Below are positions 13,625-27,900 of a stretch of 64,000 nucleotides of DNA, piece by piece. The notes under the pieces are model-generated. The model made no database searches. It was given only the letters and a program-made list of their open reading frames with translations, and was not told where the DNA came from. This DNA comes from Squalus acanthias. Its lineage: Eukaryota. Where the stretch lies: NCBI GenBank assembly GCA_030390025.1, contig JASTWF010000033.1:4714001-4778000 (forward strand). Direction: 5' to 3'. Both the position numbers and the translations under genes were made by a program. How positions within the stretch are numbered: the first letter of the stretch is position 1; the number at the start of each line of letters is the position of its first letter.

Positions 13625-16197
13625 CCTAAACCCCGCCCCACTCCACCTAATATCCTCAGCTCCTCCCCACCCCAGCTAATATCCTCAGCTCCTCCTGAAC
13701 CCACCTAATATCCTCTGCTAGTCCCCACCCCACCTAATATCCTCAGCTCCTCCCCACCCCACCTAATATCCTCAGCTGCTCCCCACTCCACCTAATATCC
13801 TCAGCTCCTCCCCACTCCACCTAATATCCTCAGCTCCTCCTCACCCCACGTAATATCCTCAGCTCCTCCTCATCCCACCTAATATCCTCAGCTCCTCCCC
13901 AGCCCACCTAATATCCACAGCTCCTCCCCACCCCACCTCATATCCTCAGCTCCTCCCCACCACACCTAATATCCTCAGCTCCTCCCCACCCCACCTAATA
14001 TCCACAGCTCCGCCCCACCCAACCTAATATCCTCAGCTCCTCCCCACTCCACCTAAAATTCTCACTCCACCCCACCCACCTAATATCCTCAGCTCCTCCT
14101 CACCCCACCTAATATCCTCAGCAACTCCCCACCCCACCTAATAGCCTCAGCGCCTCCCCACCCCACCTAATTTATTCAGCTCCTCCCCACCCCACCTAAT
14201 AACCTCAGCTCCTCCTCACCCCACCTAATATCCTCAGCTCCTCCCCACCCCACCTAATATCCTCAGCTCCTCCACACTCCACCTAATATCCTCAGCTCCT
14301 CCCCACCTCACCTAATATCCTCAGCTCCTCCTCACCTCACTTAATATCCTAAGCTCATCCCCTCCCCACCTAATATCCTCAGCTCCTGCCTCCCCACCTA
14401 ATATCCTCAGCTCCTCCCCACCCCACCTAATATCCTCAGCTCCTCCCCACCCCACCTAATATCCTCAGCTGCTCCCCACTCCACCTAATATCCTCAGCTC
14501 CTCCCCACTCCACCTAATATCCTCAGCTCCTCCCCACCCCACCTAATATCCTCAGCTCCTCCTCACCTCACCGAATATCCTCAGCTCCTCCCCACCCCAC
14601 CTAATATCCTCAGCTCCTCCCCACCCCAACTAATATTCTCAGCTCCTCCCCACCCCACCTCATATCCTCAGCTCCTCCCCACCCCACCTAATATCCTCAG
14701 CTGCTCCCCACCCCACCTAATATCCTCAGCTCCTCCCCACCCCACCTAAAATCCTCAGCTCCACCCGAACCCACCTAATATCCTCAGCAACTCCCCACCC
14801 CACCTAATATCCTCAGCTCCTCCCCACCCCAACTAATATCCTCAGCTCCTCCCCACCCACCTAATATCCTCAGCTCCTCCCCACCCACCTAATATCCTCA
14901 GCACCTCCCAACCCACCTAATATCCTCAGCTCCTCCCCACGCCACCTCATATCCTCAGCTCCACCCCACCCCATCTAATATCCTCAGCTCCTCCCTACCC
15001 CACCTAATATCCTTAACTGCTCCCCACCCCACCTAATATCCTCAGCTCCTCCCCACCCCATCTAATATCCTCAGCTCCTCCACACCCCAACTAATATCGT
15101 CAGCTCCTCCGCATCACACCTAATATCCTAAGCTCCCAACCCACCCCATCTAATATCCTCAGCTTCTCCCCACCCCACCTAATATCCTCAGATTCCTACC
15201 CACCCCACCTAATATCCACAGCTCCTCCCCACCACACATAATATCCTCAGCTCCTCCCCACCCCACCTAATATCCTCAGCTCCTCCCCACCCCACCTAAT
15301 ATCCTCAGCTCCTCTGCACCACACCAAATATGCTCAGCTCCTCCACACCCCACCAAATATCCTCAGCTCCCCCCACCCCACCTAATATCCTCAGCTCCTC
15401 AACAATCCACCTAATATCCTCAGCTCCTCCCCACCTCACCTAATATCATCAGCTCCTCCCCACCCCACCTAATATCCTCAGCTCCTCCTCATCCCACCTA
15501 ATATCCTCAGCTCCTCCCCAGCCCACCTAATATCCACAGCTCCTCCCCACCCCACCTCATATCCTCAGCTCCTCCCCACCCCACCTAATATCCTCAGCTC
15601 CTCCCCACCCCACCTAATATCCACAGCTCCTCCCCACCCCACCTAATATCCTCAGCTCCTCCCCACTCCACCTAAAATCCTCACTCCACCCCACCCACCT
15701 AATATCCTCAGCTCCTCCTCACCCCACCTAATATCCTCAGCAACTCCCCACCCCACCTAATATCCTCAACTCCTCCCCACCCCACCTAATATCCTCAGCT
15801 CCTTCCCACCTCACCTAATATCCACAGCTCCTCCCCACCCCACCTAATATCCTCAGCTCCTCCCCACTCCACCTAAAATCCTCAGCTCCACCCCACCCCA
15901 CCTAATATCCTCAGCTCCTCCCCACCTCACCTAATATCATCAGCTCCTCCCCACCCCACCTAATATCCTCAGCTCCTCCCCATCCCACCTAATATCCTCA
16001 GCTCCTCCCCATCCTACCTATTACCCTCAGCTCCTCCCCACCCCAACTAATATCATCAGCTCCTCCTCACCCCACCTAATATCCACAGCTCCTGCCCAAC
16101 CCACATAATATCCTCAGCTTCTCCCCAGCTCACCTAATATAATCAGCTCTTCCCCAAACCACGTAATGTCCATTGCTCCCTCCCCACCCAAACTAAT
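13625..16197. repeat. 29-bp C-rich satellite (cctaatatcctcagctcctccccacccca)n, block 1
   Basis: Direct tandem repeats with extreme C/G strand skew. Confidence 0.97.
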
Positions 16198-19100
16198 ATA
16201 GTTATACAGCACAGAAACAGGCCTTCAGCCCGTCGTGTCCACGCCGGCCATCAAGCTATGTCTATTCTAATCCCATTTTCCAGCTCTTGTTCCGTAGCCT
16301 TGTATTCTATGGCGTTTCAAGTTGTCATCTAAATGATTCTTGAATGTAGTGAGGTTTCCTGCCTCTACCAACCTTTCACGCAGTGAGTTCCAGATTTGAA
16401 CCACCCTCTGGGTGCAAAAGTTTTTCCTCAAATCCCCTCTAAACCTCCTGCCCCTTACCTTGAATCTATGCCCCCTTGTTATTGACCCCTCTACTAAGGG
16501 GAAATATTCGTTTCTATCTACCCTATCTATGCCCCTCATAATTTTGTGCACCTCAATCAGGTCCCCCCTCAGTCTTCTCTGCTCTATAGAAAACAACCCC
16601 AGCCTGTCAAGTCTCTCTTCATAGCTGAAGCGCTGCAGCCCAGGTAACATCGTGGTGAATCTCCTCTGCACCCACTTCAATGCAATCACATCCTTCCTAC
16701 AGTGTAGCGTCCAGAACTGCACACTGTATTCCAGCTGTGGCCTAACTACTATTTTGTACAGCTCCATCATAACCTCCCTGCTCTTATATTCTATGCCTCG
16801 GCTAATGAAGGCAATTATCCCATATGCTTTTTTAAGCACCTTGTCAACCTGTCCTGCTGCATTTAGGGATCTATGTACATGCACATCTAGGTCCCACTGA
16901 TCCTACCATTCATTGAGTATTCCCTTGCCTTGTTAGTCCTCCCAAAATGCATCACCTCACACTTTTCAGGGTTAATTTCCAGTTGCCACTGTTCTGCCCA
17001 TCTGACCAACCCGTCTATATTGTCAAGTAGCCTGAGGCTTCCCTCCTCGCTATTTACCACCCCACCAATTTTCGTGTCATCTGCGAACTTACTGATCATA
17101 CCTCTTCCATTCATATCGAATTCATTAATGTACACTACAAATAGCAAAGTACCCAGCGGCGAACACTGCGGTACACCACTGGATACAGGATTCCAGTCAC
17201 AAAAACAACCTTCGACCATCGCCCCCTGCCTCCTGCCACTCAGCCAATTTTGGATCCAATATGCCAAGTTGCCCTGGATCCCATGGGCTCTTACGTTCTT
17301 GACCAGTCTCCCTTGCGGGACTTTGTCAAATGCCTTACTGAAGTCCATGTAGATCACATCAACTGCACTACCCTCATCCAAACAACTAGTCACCCCCTCG
17401 AAAAATTCAATCAAATTGGTCAGACATGATCTCCCCCAGACAAAGCCATGCTGACTATCCTTGATTAATCCTAGCCTCTCCAAGTGGAGACAAATTCTGT
17501 CCCTCATAATTTTTTCCAATAATTGCCCTACCACTGATGTTAGGCTCACTGGCCTGTAATTGCCTGGTTTATCCCTACTACCCTTCTTGAATAATGGTAC
17601 TACGTTAGCTGTTCTCCAGTCCACTGGCACCTCCCCTGTGGCCAGAGATGTTCTGAAAATTTGTGTCAGAGCCCCTGCAATCTCCTCCCTTGCCTCACAG
17701 AGCAGCCTGGGATACATCTCGTCAGGCAATGGGGATTTATCGACCTTTAAGCCCACTAAAACCCCAATACCTCCTCCCTCTCAATACTAATTTGTTCACT
17801 ATATCACAATCCCCCTTTCTGATTTCTATGCCTACATCGTCCTACTCCATAGCGAACACAGTTTCAAAATTTTCATTTAAAACCCCACCTACATCTTCTG
17901 GCTCTACACACAGATTGCCACTTTGGTACCTAATGGACCCTACTCTTTCCCTGGTTATCCTCTTGCCCTTAATATATTTATTAAACACATTGTGATTTTC
18001 CTTTATTTTGCCAGCCGCTGTTATTTCATGCCCCCTCTTCGCTCTCCTAATTTCTTTTTTAGGTACCCCCCTGCACTTTCTATACTCCTCTCGGGCTTCC
18101 ACTATTTTCAGTCCTTTGTATCTGCCAAAAGCCTCCCTTTTTTTCCGAATCCATTCTCGTATATCCCGTGACATCCAAGGTTCCCTGGGCTTGTTGGTCC
18201 CACCCTTGACTTTTATGGAACATGTTGGCGTTGTACTCTCTCTATTTCCTTTCTGAAAGACTCCCACTGCTCTGATGTGGATTTTCCTACAAGTAGCTGA
18301 TCCCAGTCCACTTTGCCGAGATCCTGCCTTATCATATTAAAATCGGCCTTCCCCCAATTTAGAACATTTATTTCCGGTCCATCTTTGTCCTTTTCCATGA
18401 CTACCTTAAATCTCACCGAATTATGGTCACTGTCACCAAAATGCTCTCCTACTAACACTTCTACCACTTGCCCGGCTACATTCCCTAGAATTAGGTCCAG
18501 TACTGCCGCCTCTCTTGAAGGACTTTCTACATGCTGGCTCAAAAAGCTCTCCTGGATGCACTTTAAGAATTCCGCACCCTCTAAGCCTTTCACACTCTGA
18601 CTATGCAAATTAATATTGGGGAAGTTGAAATCCCCGACTATTATTAACCTATTATTTGTACACTTCTCTGAGATTTGCCCACATATCTGTTCCTCTATCT
18701 CCCCCTGACTGTCTGGGGGCCTATAGTACACTCCCAGCAATGTGCTTGCCCCCTTTTTGTTTTTAAGTTCTACCCATATGGCCTCATTAGAGGGACCTGC
18801 TAAGATATCATCCCTCCTTACAGCAGTAATTAACTCCTTGATTAATATTGAGACACCCCCTCCTCTTTTACACCCGCCTCTGTCTCGCCTGAAGATTCTA
18901 TACCCCAGAATATTGAGCTGCCAGTCCTGCCCCTCCATCAACCATGTCTCTGTTATAGCAACAATATCATACTCCCATGTGTTCATCAACACCTTCAATT
19001 CATCTGCCTTACTCGCAAGACTCCTTGCGTTCAAATAAATGCCATCCAGCCTTGCCATACTCCCTTGTGTCGTTACATATTTGCTCTGCATTCCAGACTG

Positions 19101-19870
19101 ATTTGTTTTTTCCTCTATATTTGGCTGTGCATCACCCCCTACTATAGCTCCACTCCGTATCCCATCCCCCTGCCGAGTTAGTCTAACACCCACTCCCCCG
19201 CACCCCAACAGTACTAGCAAACCTCCACGCAATTATGTTGGTCCCGTTCCGGTTCAGGTGCAACCCGTCCGACTTGTACAGGCCCCACCTTCCCCTGAAG
19301 CAGACCCAGTGATCCAGGAAACTAAAGCCCTCCCTCCTGCACCAACTCTTTAGCAACGCATTCATCTGCTCTATCCTCCTATTCCTATACCCACTAGCAC
19401 GTGGCAACGGGAGTAATCCAGAGATTGCAAACTTTGAGGTCCTGCTATTAAATCTGTTCCCTAGCTCCCTAAATTCTTGCTGCAGGACCTCATCCCTCTT
19501 TCTACCCATGTCGTTGGTACAAATGTGAACCACGACCTCTGGCTGTTTGCCCTCCCCCTTCAGAATGCCCTGCAACGTTCAGTGACATCCTTGACCCTGG
19601 GACCAGGGAGGCAAAATAGCATTCTGGAGTCACGTCTGCGGCCACAGAAACGTCTATCTGTTTCCCTTACGATAGAATCCCCTATCACTATTGCTCTCCC
19701 ACTCTTTTTCCTCCCCTCCTGTGCAGCTGAGCCACTCGTAGAGCCACGGACTTGGCTCTTGCTGCATTCCCCTGAGAAACCATCTCCCCCATCAGTATCC
19801 AAAACGGAAAATCTGTCGGAGAGGGAGATGGACCCAGGGGACTAATGCACTACCTTCCTATTTCTTTTAC
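16198..19870 (-). mobile_element. CR1 LINE copy A (ORF1 SGNH esterase part plus ORF2 APE-RT), frameshifted
   Basis: VIGDSIVR and DGLHLN (esterase); YLNARSL, AITETWL, GDFN and SDH (APE); KFADDTKI (RT); 3' tail at ~16200. Confidence 0.95.
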
Positions 19871-20856
19871 TCAGCTTCTCCCCACCCCATCTAATATCCT
19901 CAGTTCCTCCCCACCCCATCAAATATCCTCTGCACCTCCCCACCCCACCTAATATCCTCAGCCCCTCTCCACCCCTCCTAATATCCTCAGCTCCTCCCAC
20001 ACCAAATAATATCCTCAGCTCCGCTCCAGCCCACGTAATATCCTCAGCTCCTCCCCACCCCACTTAATATCCTCAGGTCCTCCCCACCCCTCCTAATATC
20101 CGCAGCTCCTCCCCACCCCACCTAATATCCTCAGCTCCTCCCCACCCCACCTAATATCCTCAGGTCCCCCCCCCCACCCCACCTAATATCCTCAGCTCCT
20201 CCCCACCCCACCTAATATTCTCAGCTCCTTTCCACCCCACCTAATATCCTCAGAACCTGCCCACCCCACCTAATATCCTCAGCTCCACCCCACCACAACT
20301 AATATCCTCACTACCTCCCCATCTCAACTAATATTCTCAGCTCCTCCCCACCCCACCTAATATTCTCAGCTCCTTTCCACCCCACCTAATATCCTCAGAT
20401 CATCCCTACCCCACCTAATATCCTTAGCTCCTCCCCACACCACCTAATGTCATCAGCTCCTCCCCACCCCACCTAATATCCTCAGCTCCTCCTCACCCCA
20501 CCTAATATTCTCAGCTCCTTTCCACCCCACATAATATCCTCAGCTCCTCCCCACCCCACCTAATGTCATCAGCAGCTCCCCACCCAACCTAACATCAAAA
20601 ACGTCTGCCAACCCTCACCTGTAATCCACAGCTCCTCCAGAATTCATCCAATATCCTGAGCTCCTCCCCACCACACCGAATATCCTCAGCTCAACCCCAC
20701 CCCATCTCATATACTCAGCTCCACCCCACCCCACCTAATATCCACAGCTCCTTCCCAAACCACATAATATCCTCAGCTTCTCCCCAGCTCACCTAATATA
20801 CTCAGCTCTTCCCCAAACCACCTAATGTCCTTAGCTCCCTCCCCACCACAACTAGT
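19871..20856. repeat. 29-bp C-rich satellite, block 2
   Basis: Same unit as block 1. Confidence 0.95.
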
Positions 20857-23800
20857 ATAGTTATACAGCACAGAAACAGGCCTTCAGCCCGTCGTGTCCA
20901 AACCGGCCATCAAGCCCTGTCTATTCTAATCCCATTTTCCAGCTCTTGTTCCGTAGCCTTGTATGCTATGGCGTTTGAAGTGCTCATCTAAATGCTTCTT
21001 GAATGTTGTGAGGGTTCCTGCCTCTACCACCCTTTCAGGCAGTGAGTTCCAGATTTCAACCACCCTCTGGGTGTAAAAGTTTTTCCTCAAATCCCCTCTA
21101 AACCTCCTGCCCCTTACCTAGAATCTATGTCCCCTTGCTATTGAACCCTCTACTAAGGGGAAATGTTCGTTTCTATCTACCCTATCTATGCCCCTCATAA
21201 TTTTGTTCACCTCAATCAGGTCCCCCTCAGCCTTCTCTGCTCTATAGAAAACAACCCCAACCTGTCCAGTCTCTCTTCATAGCTGAAGCGCTGCTGCCCA
21301 GGTAACATCGTGGTGAATCTCCTCTGCACCCACTCCAATGCAATCACATCCTTCCTATAGTGTAGCGTCCAAAACTGCACACTGTATTCCAGCTGTGGCC
21401 TAACTAGTATTTTGTACAGCTCCATCATAACCTCCCTGCTCTTATATTCTATGCCTCGGCTAATGAAGGCAATTATCCCATATGCTTTTTTAAGCACCTT
21501 GTCAACCTGTCCTGCTGCATTTAGGGATCTATGTACATGCACATCAAGGTCCCACTGATCCTACCATTCATTGTGTATTCCCCTGCCTTGTTAGTCCTCC
21601 CAAAATGCATCACCTCACACTTTTCAGGGTTAATTTCCAGTTGCCACTGTTCTGCCCATCTGACCAACCCGTCTATATCGTCCTGTAGCCTGAGGCTTCC
21701 CTCCTCGCTATTTACCACCCCACCAATTTTCGTGTCATCTGCGAACTTACTGATCATACCTCCTACATTCATATCGAAATCATTAATGTTCACTACAAAT
21801 AGCAAAGTACCCAGCAGCGATCCCTGCGGTACACCACTGGATACAGGCTTCCAGTCACAAAAACAACCTTCATCCATCGCCCCCTGCCTCCTGCCACTCA
21901 GCCAATTTTGGATCCAATGTGCCAAGTTGCCCTGGATACTATGGGCTCTTACCTTCTTGACCAGTCTCCCTTGCGGGACTTTCTCAAATGTCTTACTGAA
22001 GTCCATGTAGATCACATCAACTGCATTACCCTCATCCACACAACTAGTCACCCCGTCGAAAAATTCAATCAAATTGGTCAGATATGATCTCCCCCAGACA
22101 AAGCCATGCTGAATATCCTTGATTAATCCTAGCCTCTCCAAGTGGAGGCTGATTCTGTACCTCATAATTGTTTACAATAATTTCCCTACCACTGATGTTA
22201 GGCTCACTGGCCTATAATTCACTGGTTTATCCCTACTACCCTTCTTGAATAATGGTACTACGTTAGCTGTTCACCAGTCCACTGGCACCTCCCCTGTGGC
22301 CAGAGATGTTCTGAAAATTTGTGTCAGAGCCCCTGCAATCTCCTCCCTTGCCTCACAGAGCAGCCTGGGATACATCTCGTCTGGGAATGGGGATTTATCG
22401 ACGTTTAAGCCCACTAAAACCGCTAGTACCTCCTCCCTCTCAATAATAATTTGTTCAAGTATATCACAATCCCCCTTTCTGATTTCTATGCCTACATCAT
22501 CCTACTCCATAGTGATAGCAGATTCAAAATATTCATTTAAAACCCCACCTACATCTTCTGGCTCTACACACAGATTGCCACTTTGGTACCTAATGGGCCC
22601 TACTCTTTCCCTGGTTATCCTCTTGCCCTTAATATATTTATTAAACACCTTGTGATTTTCCTTTATTTTGCCAGCCGGTGTTATTTCATGCCCCCTCTTT
22701 GCTCTCCTAATTTCTTTTTTAGGTACCCCCCTGCACTTTCTATACTCCTCTAGGGCTTCCACTATTTTCAGTTCTTTGTATCTAACAAAAGCCTCCCTTT
22801 TTTTCCTAATCCATTCTCGTATATCCCGTGACATCCAGGGTTCCCTGGGCTTGTTGGTCCCACCCTTGACTTTTATGGAACATGTTGGCGTTGTACTCTC
22901 TCTATTTCCTTTCATAAAGACTCCCACTGCTCTGATGTGGATTTTCCTACAAGTAGCTGATCCCAGTCCACTTTGCCGAGATCCTGCCTTATCATATTAA
23001 AATCGGCCTTCCCCCAATTTAGAACATTTATTTCCGGTCCATCTTTGTCCTTTTCCATGACTACCTTAAATCTCACCGAATTATGGTCACTGTCACCAAA
23101 ATGCTCTCCTACTAACACTTCTACCACTTGCCCGGCTACATTCCCTAGAATTAGGTCCAGTACTGCCGCCTCTCTTGAAGGAATTTCTACATGCTGCCTC
23201 AAAAAGCTCTCCTGGATGCACTTTAAGAATTCCGCACCCTCTAAGCCTTTCACACTCTGACTATGCAAGTTAATATTGGGGAAGTTGAAATCCCCTACTA
23301 TTATTAGCCTATTATTTCTACACTTCTCTGAGATCTGCCCACATATCTGTTCCTCTATCTCCCCCTGACTGTCTGGGGGCCTATAGTACACTCCCAGCAA
23401 AGTGGTTGCCCCCTTTTTGTTTTTAAGTTCTACCCATATGGCCTCATTAGAGGGACCTGCTAAGATATCATCCCTCCTTACAGCAGTAATTAACTCCTTG
23501 AATAATATTGAGACACCCCCTCCTCTTTTACACCCGCCTCTGTCTCGCCTGAAGCTTCTATACCCCGGAATATTGAGCTGCCAGTCCTGCCCCTCCATCA
23601 ACCATGTCTCTGTTATAGCAACAATATCATACTCCCATGTGTTCATCAACACCTTCAATTCTACTGCCTTACTCGCAAGACTCCTTGCGTTCAAATAAAT
23701 GCCATCGAGCCTTGCCATACTCCCTTGTGTCGTTACATATTTGCTCTGCATTCCAGGCTGACTTGTTTTTTCCTCTATATTTGGCTGTGCATCACCCCCT

Positions 23801-24536
23801 ACTATAGCTCCACTCCGTATCCCATCCCCCTGCCGAGTTAGTTTAACATCCACCCCACCCCCCCGCACCCCAACAGTACTAGCAAAACTCCCCAAAAGAA
23901 TGTTGGTCCCGTTCCGGTTCAGGTGCAACCCGTCCGACTTGTACAGGTCCCACCTTCCCCTGAAGCAGACCCAGTGATCCAGGAAACTAAAGCTCTCCCT
24001 CCTGCACCAACTCTTTAGCCACGCATTCATCTGCTCTATCCTCCTATTCCTATACCCACTAGCACGTGGCACCGGGAGTAATCCAGAGATTACAAACTTT
24101 GAGGTCCTGCAATTAAATCTGTTCGATAGCTCCCTAAATACTTGCTGCAGGAACTCATCCCTCTTTCTACCCATGTCGTTGGTACCAATGTGAACCACGA
24201 CCTCTGGCTGTTCGCCCTCCCCCTTCAGAATGCCATGCAGCCGTTCAGTGACATACTTGACCCTGGGACCAGGGAGGCAACATAGCATTCTGGAGTCACG
24301 TCTGCGGCCACAGAAACGTCTATCTGTTTCCCTTACGATAGAATCCCCTATCACTATTGCTCTCCCACTCTTTTTCCTCCCCTCCTGTGCAGCTGAGCCA
24401 CTCGTAGAGCCACGGACTTGGCTCTTGCTGCATTCCCCTGAGAAACCATCTCCCCCATCAGTATCCAAAACGGAAAATCTGCCGGAGAGGGAGATGGACC
24501 CAGGGCACTACTGCACTAACTTCCTATTTCTTTTAC
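20857..24536 (-). mobile_element. CR1 LINE copy B, tandem duplicate of copy A
   Basis: Same domains and the same 5' and 3' junctions with the satellite as 16198-19870. Confidence 0.95.
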
Positions 24537-25143
24537 TCAGCTCCTCCCCACCCCATCTAATATCCTCAGGTCCCCCCCACCCCATCTAATATCCTCAGCT
24601 CCTCCCCACCACACCTAATATCCTCAGCTCCTCCCCACCCCATCTGCTATCCTCAGCACCTCCCCACCCCACCTAATATCCTCAGCTCCTCCTCACCACA
24701 CCTAATATTCTCAGCTCCTCCCCACCCCATCTAATACCTTCAGCTCCTCCCCACCCCACCTAATATCCTCAGCACCTCCCCACAACACCTAATATCCTCA
24801 GCTCCTCCCCACCCCATCTAATATCCTCAGCTCCTTCCCACCCACCTAATATCCTCAGCTCCTCCCCACCCCACCTAATATCCTCAGCTCCTCCCCACCC
24901 CACATAATATCCTCAGCTCCACCCCACCCCACCTAATATCCTTAGCTCCTCCCCACCCCACCTAATATCCTCAGCTCCTCCCCACCCCACCTAATATCCT
25001 CAGCTCCACCCCACCCCAATTAATATCCTCAGCTCCACCCCACCCCACCTAATATCCTCAGCTCCTCCCCACCCCACCTAATATCCTCTGCTCCTCCCCA
25101 CCACACCTAATATCGGCAGCTGCTCCCAAATCCACATAATATC
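24537..25143. repeat. 29-bp C-rich satellite, block 3
   Basis: Same unit; abuts the 5' LTR. Confidence 0.95.
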
Positions 25144-26172
25144 TGAAGAGATCGCAAAGTCTCTGTTTGAAGAATGGACTCAGTCGAGAATATTTTGTGG
25201 ACTTTATGGGATTTTTCTGAGGGTATTTTCCCTGTGATGGGATCACCCTGTGTTGCTATGTGAAAAACTGGTTTGTTAAAACTCCAGAGAACGCTAGGCA
25301 GTTGGCTGTGACAAAACAACTGTCAGTCATCCAGAATATGAAAAATCCCTTCTCACCTCCATCTCAGAAGAGTAGCAGAACAATGAACCCACTGGCCTAG
25401 CCAGCCGGAGAGGAGCCAGTTTTGCAAAACACAAAGACCGAAATATATCCCAGACTTAGGGCCATTGGTCCAATCACGGAGTAGACATGGGTTTGAGGAT
25501 GACCCATCAATGATTCAGCACCGGAGTGTTTCGAAACAAAAGGATTTTAATGATTGGCGGGAAAGATAGGGGTAGCAAGACTCCTATAAAGATAGATACT
25601 TTCCCACCATTCTCTCTCTCTCTCTCGCTCTCGCTGCACCAAGATCTACCTAACATTAAGACCAGAGGAAGAAGCAGCTAATAGGAGCGATCGAGACCGA
25701 CTGCATGTGGGGGTAAGCATGGTCTAGAGTGTCCCAAGCCGGTAACCAGTGGGCTGAGTTTTTCTCAGAAGTGAAGTTTTTGGGCTATTCCGAGGGTGGG
25801 AGCTTCCTTTGGTTCAGCCAGGCGAAGGGGCTTATGCGACTGGGTAATTCGTTGGTAGGGGTGGAATTAGAGTCCACCATAGCAACACTGGAAGTACTGC
25901 ATTTTATAGTCCCCAGTTTGTACTGTATGTTTGTTGATTGTAACCTGGATTTTATTCTCCACAGAGACAATGATTTCGTTTAGTAGTGCACGTTTTAGCC
26001 AGTTTATGTTAGACCAAATAAATATAAGTTTGATTTTTCGCTGAAGCATTCCTGTCCTTGAATTATTTCATTTACACTCTGAATAATAATTCCCGGGTAT
26101 AGAACTTTCGTAAGGCGGGGGCGATTGGAACCGTCCATCTAGCAATTGGGCTAGGATCAAAAACTGCTTACA
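25144..26172 (+). repeat. 5' LTR
   Basis: Starts tgaagagatc and ends cttaca; direct repeat of 43406-44438; TATAAA at 25585, gg|gtaagc donor-like site at 25713, AATAAA at 26017. Confidence 0.92.
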
Positions 26173-26177
26173 TCACT

Positions 26178-26195
26178 TGGCGACCGCGGCAGGAC
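26178..26195 (+). promoter_or_regulatory. Primer binding site, tRNA-Arg(UCG)
   Basis: TGGCGACCGCGGCAGGAC lies 5 nt after the LTR. It is the reverse complement of the vertebrate tRNA-Arg-TCG 3' end as I recall it (...GTCCTGCCGCGGTCG-CCA). Confidence 0.85.
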
Positions 26196-26221
26196 CTGGG
26201 TTAAAAGAGTGTAAATCAGTC

Positions 26222-27900
26222 ATGGACAGCGCTTCTGGCGAAAGATCCCAAATGGAGGAAAGGATTTCTTCATATGTGTTTAAGAAGGTTAACGTCACTA
26301 AGAAGTGGGTGCTAGGCTTGTTGCGTGCTGAGCGTCCGGTGGACGCAGTGGCAGAATGGACGGAGGGCAAGGAGCAGAGGCGCAGCATTGAAAAGGCGAT
26401 ATGGCTCATCTGTCGACAAAGACAAGTCCAACTGCTAGATAAGCAGGTTGCGAGATTAGAGGCAGAGCTCAGGGAGTCCGAGGCACAGTCAGACGCAAGG
26501 GTTGTAGTAGGGAGCAGGTTATGCACGGAGTTAAGGGATGAGAAGTAGGGAAATATAAGGCAGGAGAAAACCTTCCGTAACCATAAGGTGTTCCTGCAAT
26601 GCCAGGTAACTGAGGCAAAGGGGAACGAGAGGATGGTTAGGGAGGAGAACGCTCGCTTGTCGAGTGAGGTAAAGGTGCTGGGAGAGCAGTTGAAGGATAT
26701 TCAGGTGGCATACAGAGACGCCAGCACTAGAGAGTTTGATACGGGTAATCATGGTCCTGGCCAGGAGCAGATCCGGAATTTGACCGATGCTCTATCTAAG
26801 GCCCAAGGGATGGTCTCCTTGGTAGCTCCGGGAATGGCCCGGGTAGATGAGGAAGAGCAGGTGGGAGATAAGGAGGACTGTGAGGTAGAGGAGGACGCTC
26901 GACCACCGCCCGAAGTGCCGGGACCAGGACCCATGTGACCTGTCCGGCAGCGGAAATACGGTGCGACCGTAGACGGTCAAGAGCAAGGAGCACTGCAGAG
27001 TGACTTCGTGGTCCCGTATACGACCCCCCAGCTGCAGGCAATGGTCTCTAACCTGACCAAACTGACCAGCACAGGGGACCCATCTGTCCATTTTACGGAT
27101 GTGGAGCAGGTGGGGGGATCAATCATTGTAACGAAGCTGAGACAGACAAAGTACTTCTATTTTCCCTGGATAGTAGGTTGTACCAGTCGCTCTCAGCGGG
27201 TAGCAAGAGGGGGCAGGGTACGTTAGAGGGGATTAAGGATGACATCCTAGAGGCTATGGGCCTCAATGATGGAAGTCCCTTCTCCCGAGTGGAAAGGACA
27301 CTGCAGTCAGCTGGGGAGGCACCGCAGGCTTTCGCGGACAGGCTTTGGCCTCTCTACCGGAGTGCCTGTGCGGGGGTGCCCGACCGGGCGCAGCTGCAGA
27401 GGGAGCCTAGGGCTCATTGGCTGAGGATCCTGGTGGCGAACAGCCTGCCCAGGATCAAGGCCAAAGCAGAGGAGTGGTTCGATTCCAGGGAACCCCAGAC
27501 CACAGAAGAGAGTGTGATCCGGCAGTTAACTCTCTCTTTTAAGAATGGTAGGGGTGAGGATGACAAACCAAAGGGCAGAGTACACGAGTTAAAGCCTAGT
27601 GGAGGCAACGTTAGAAGAGAGTGGCGCCAGGAAGGGGGTAGCTCAGAGAAGAAGCAGGGTTGTTATGGGTGCGGGAGTAAAGGGCACTGGAGGAAAGACT
27701 GCCCAGTCTCTGACAAAAGGAGCGGGAAAGGGGATCCTCCAGCGCCAGTGCAGAAAGCCGCAGCTGTGGCAGGAAGCAGCACTGATCCGTTCGCGGTATT
27801 AGTGGCTGCTCTCCGCGCAGTCTTTCCGGCAGGGCAGGGTAGGGTGGACACGGCAGCGGGCAGCGTACTCCCATCCGCCCCGAACAAACCCGACCGATGA
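26222..27900 (+). pseudogene. gag: gag (N-terminal coiled coil, capsid-like middle, one CCHC knuckle), disrupted
   Basis: ATG at 26222; heptad-rich QLLDKQVARLEAELRE and ENARLSSEVKVLGEQLKD; CYGCGSKGHWRKDC; in-frame stops at 26546 and 26936; frameshift near 27115. Confidence 0.85.

Noticed and set aside
22912..24468. 518-aa esterase-endonuclease fusion ORF
   Set aside because: CR1 ORF1 and ORF2 are joined by an indel in a G-run. The sister copy (18213-19802) has them in different frames, and the element is truncated and frameshifted.
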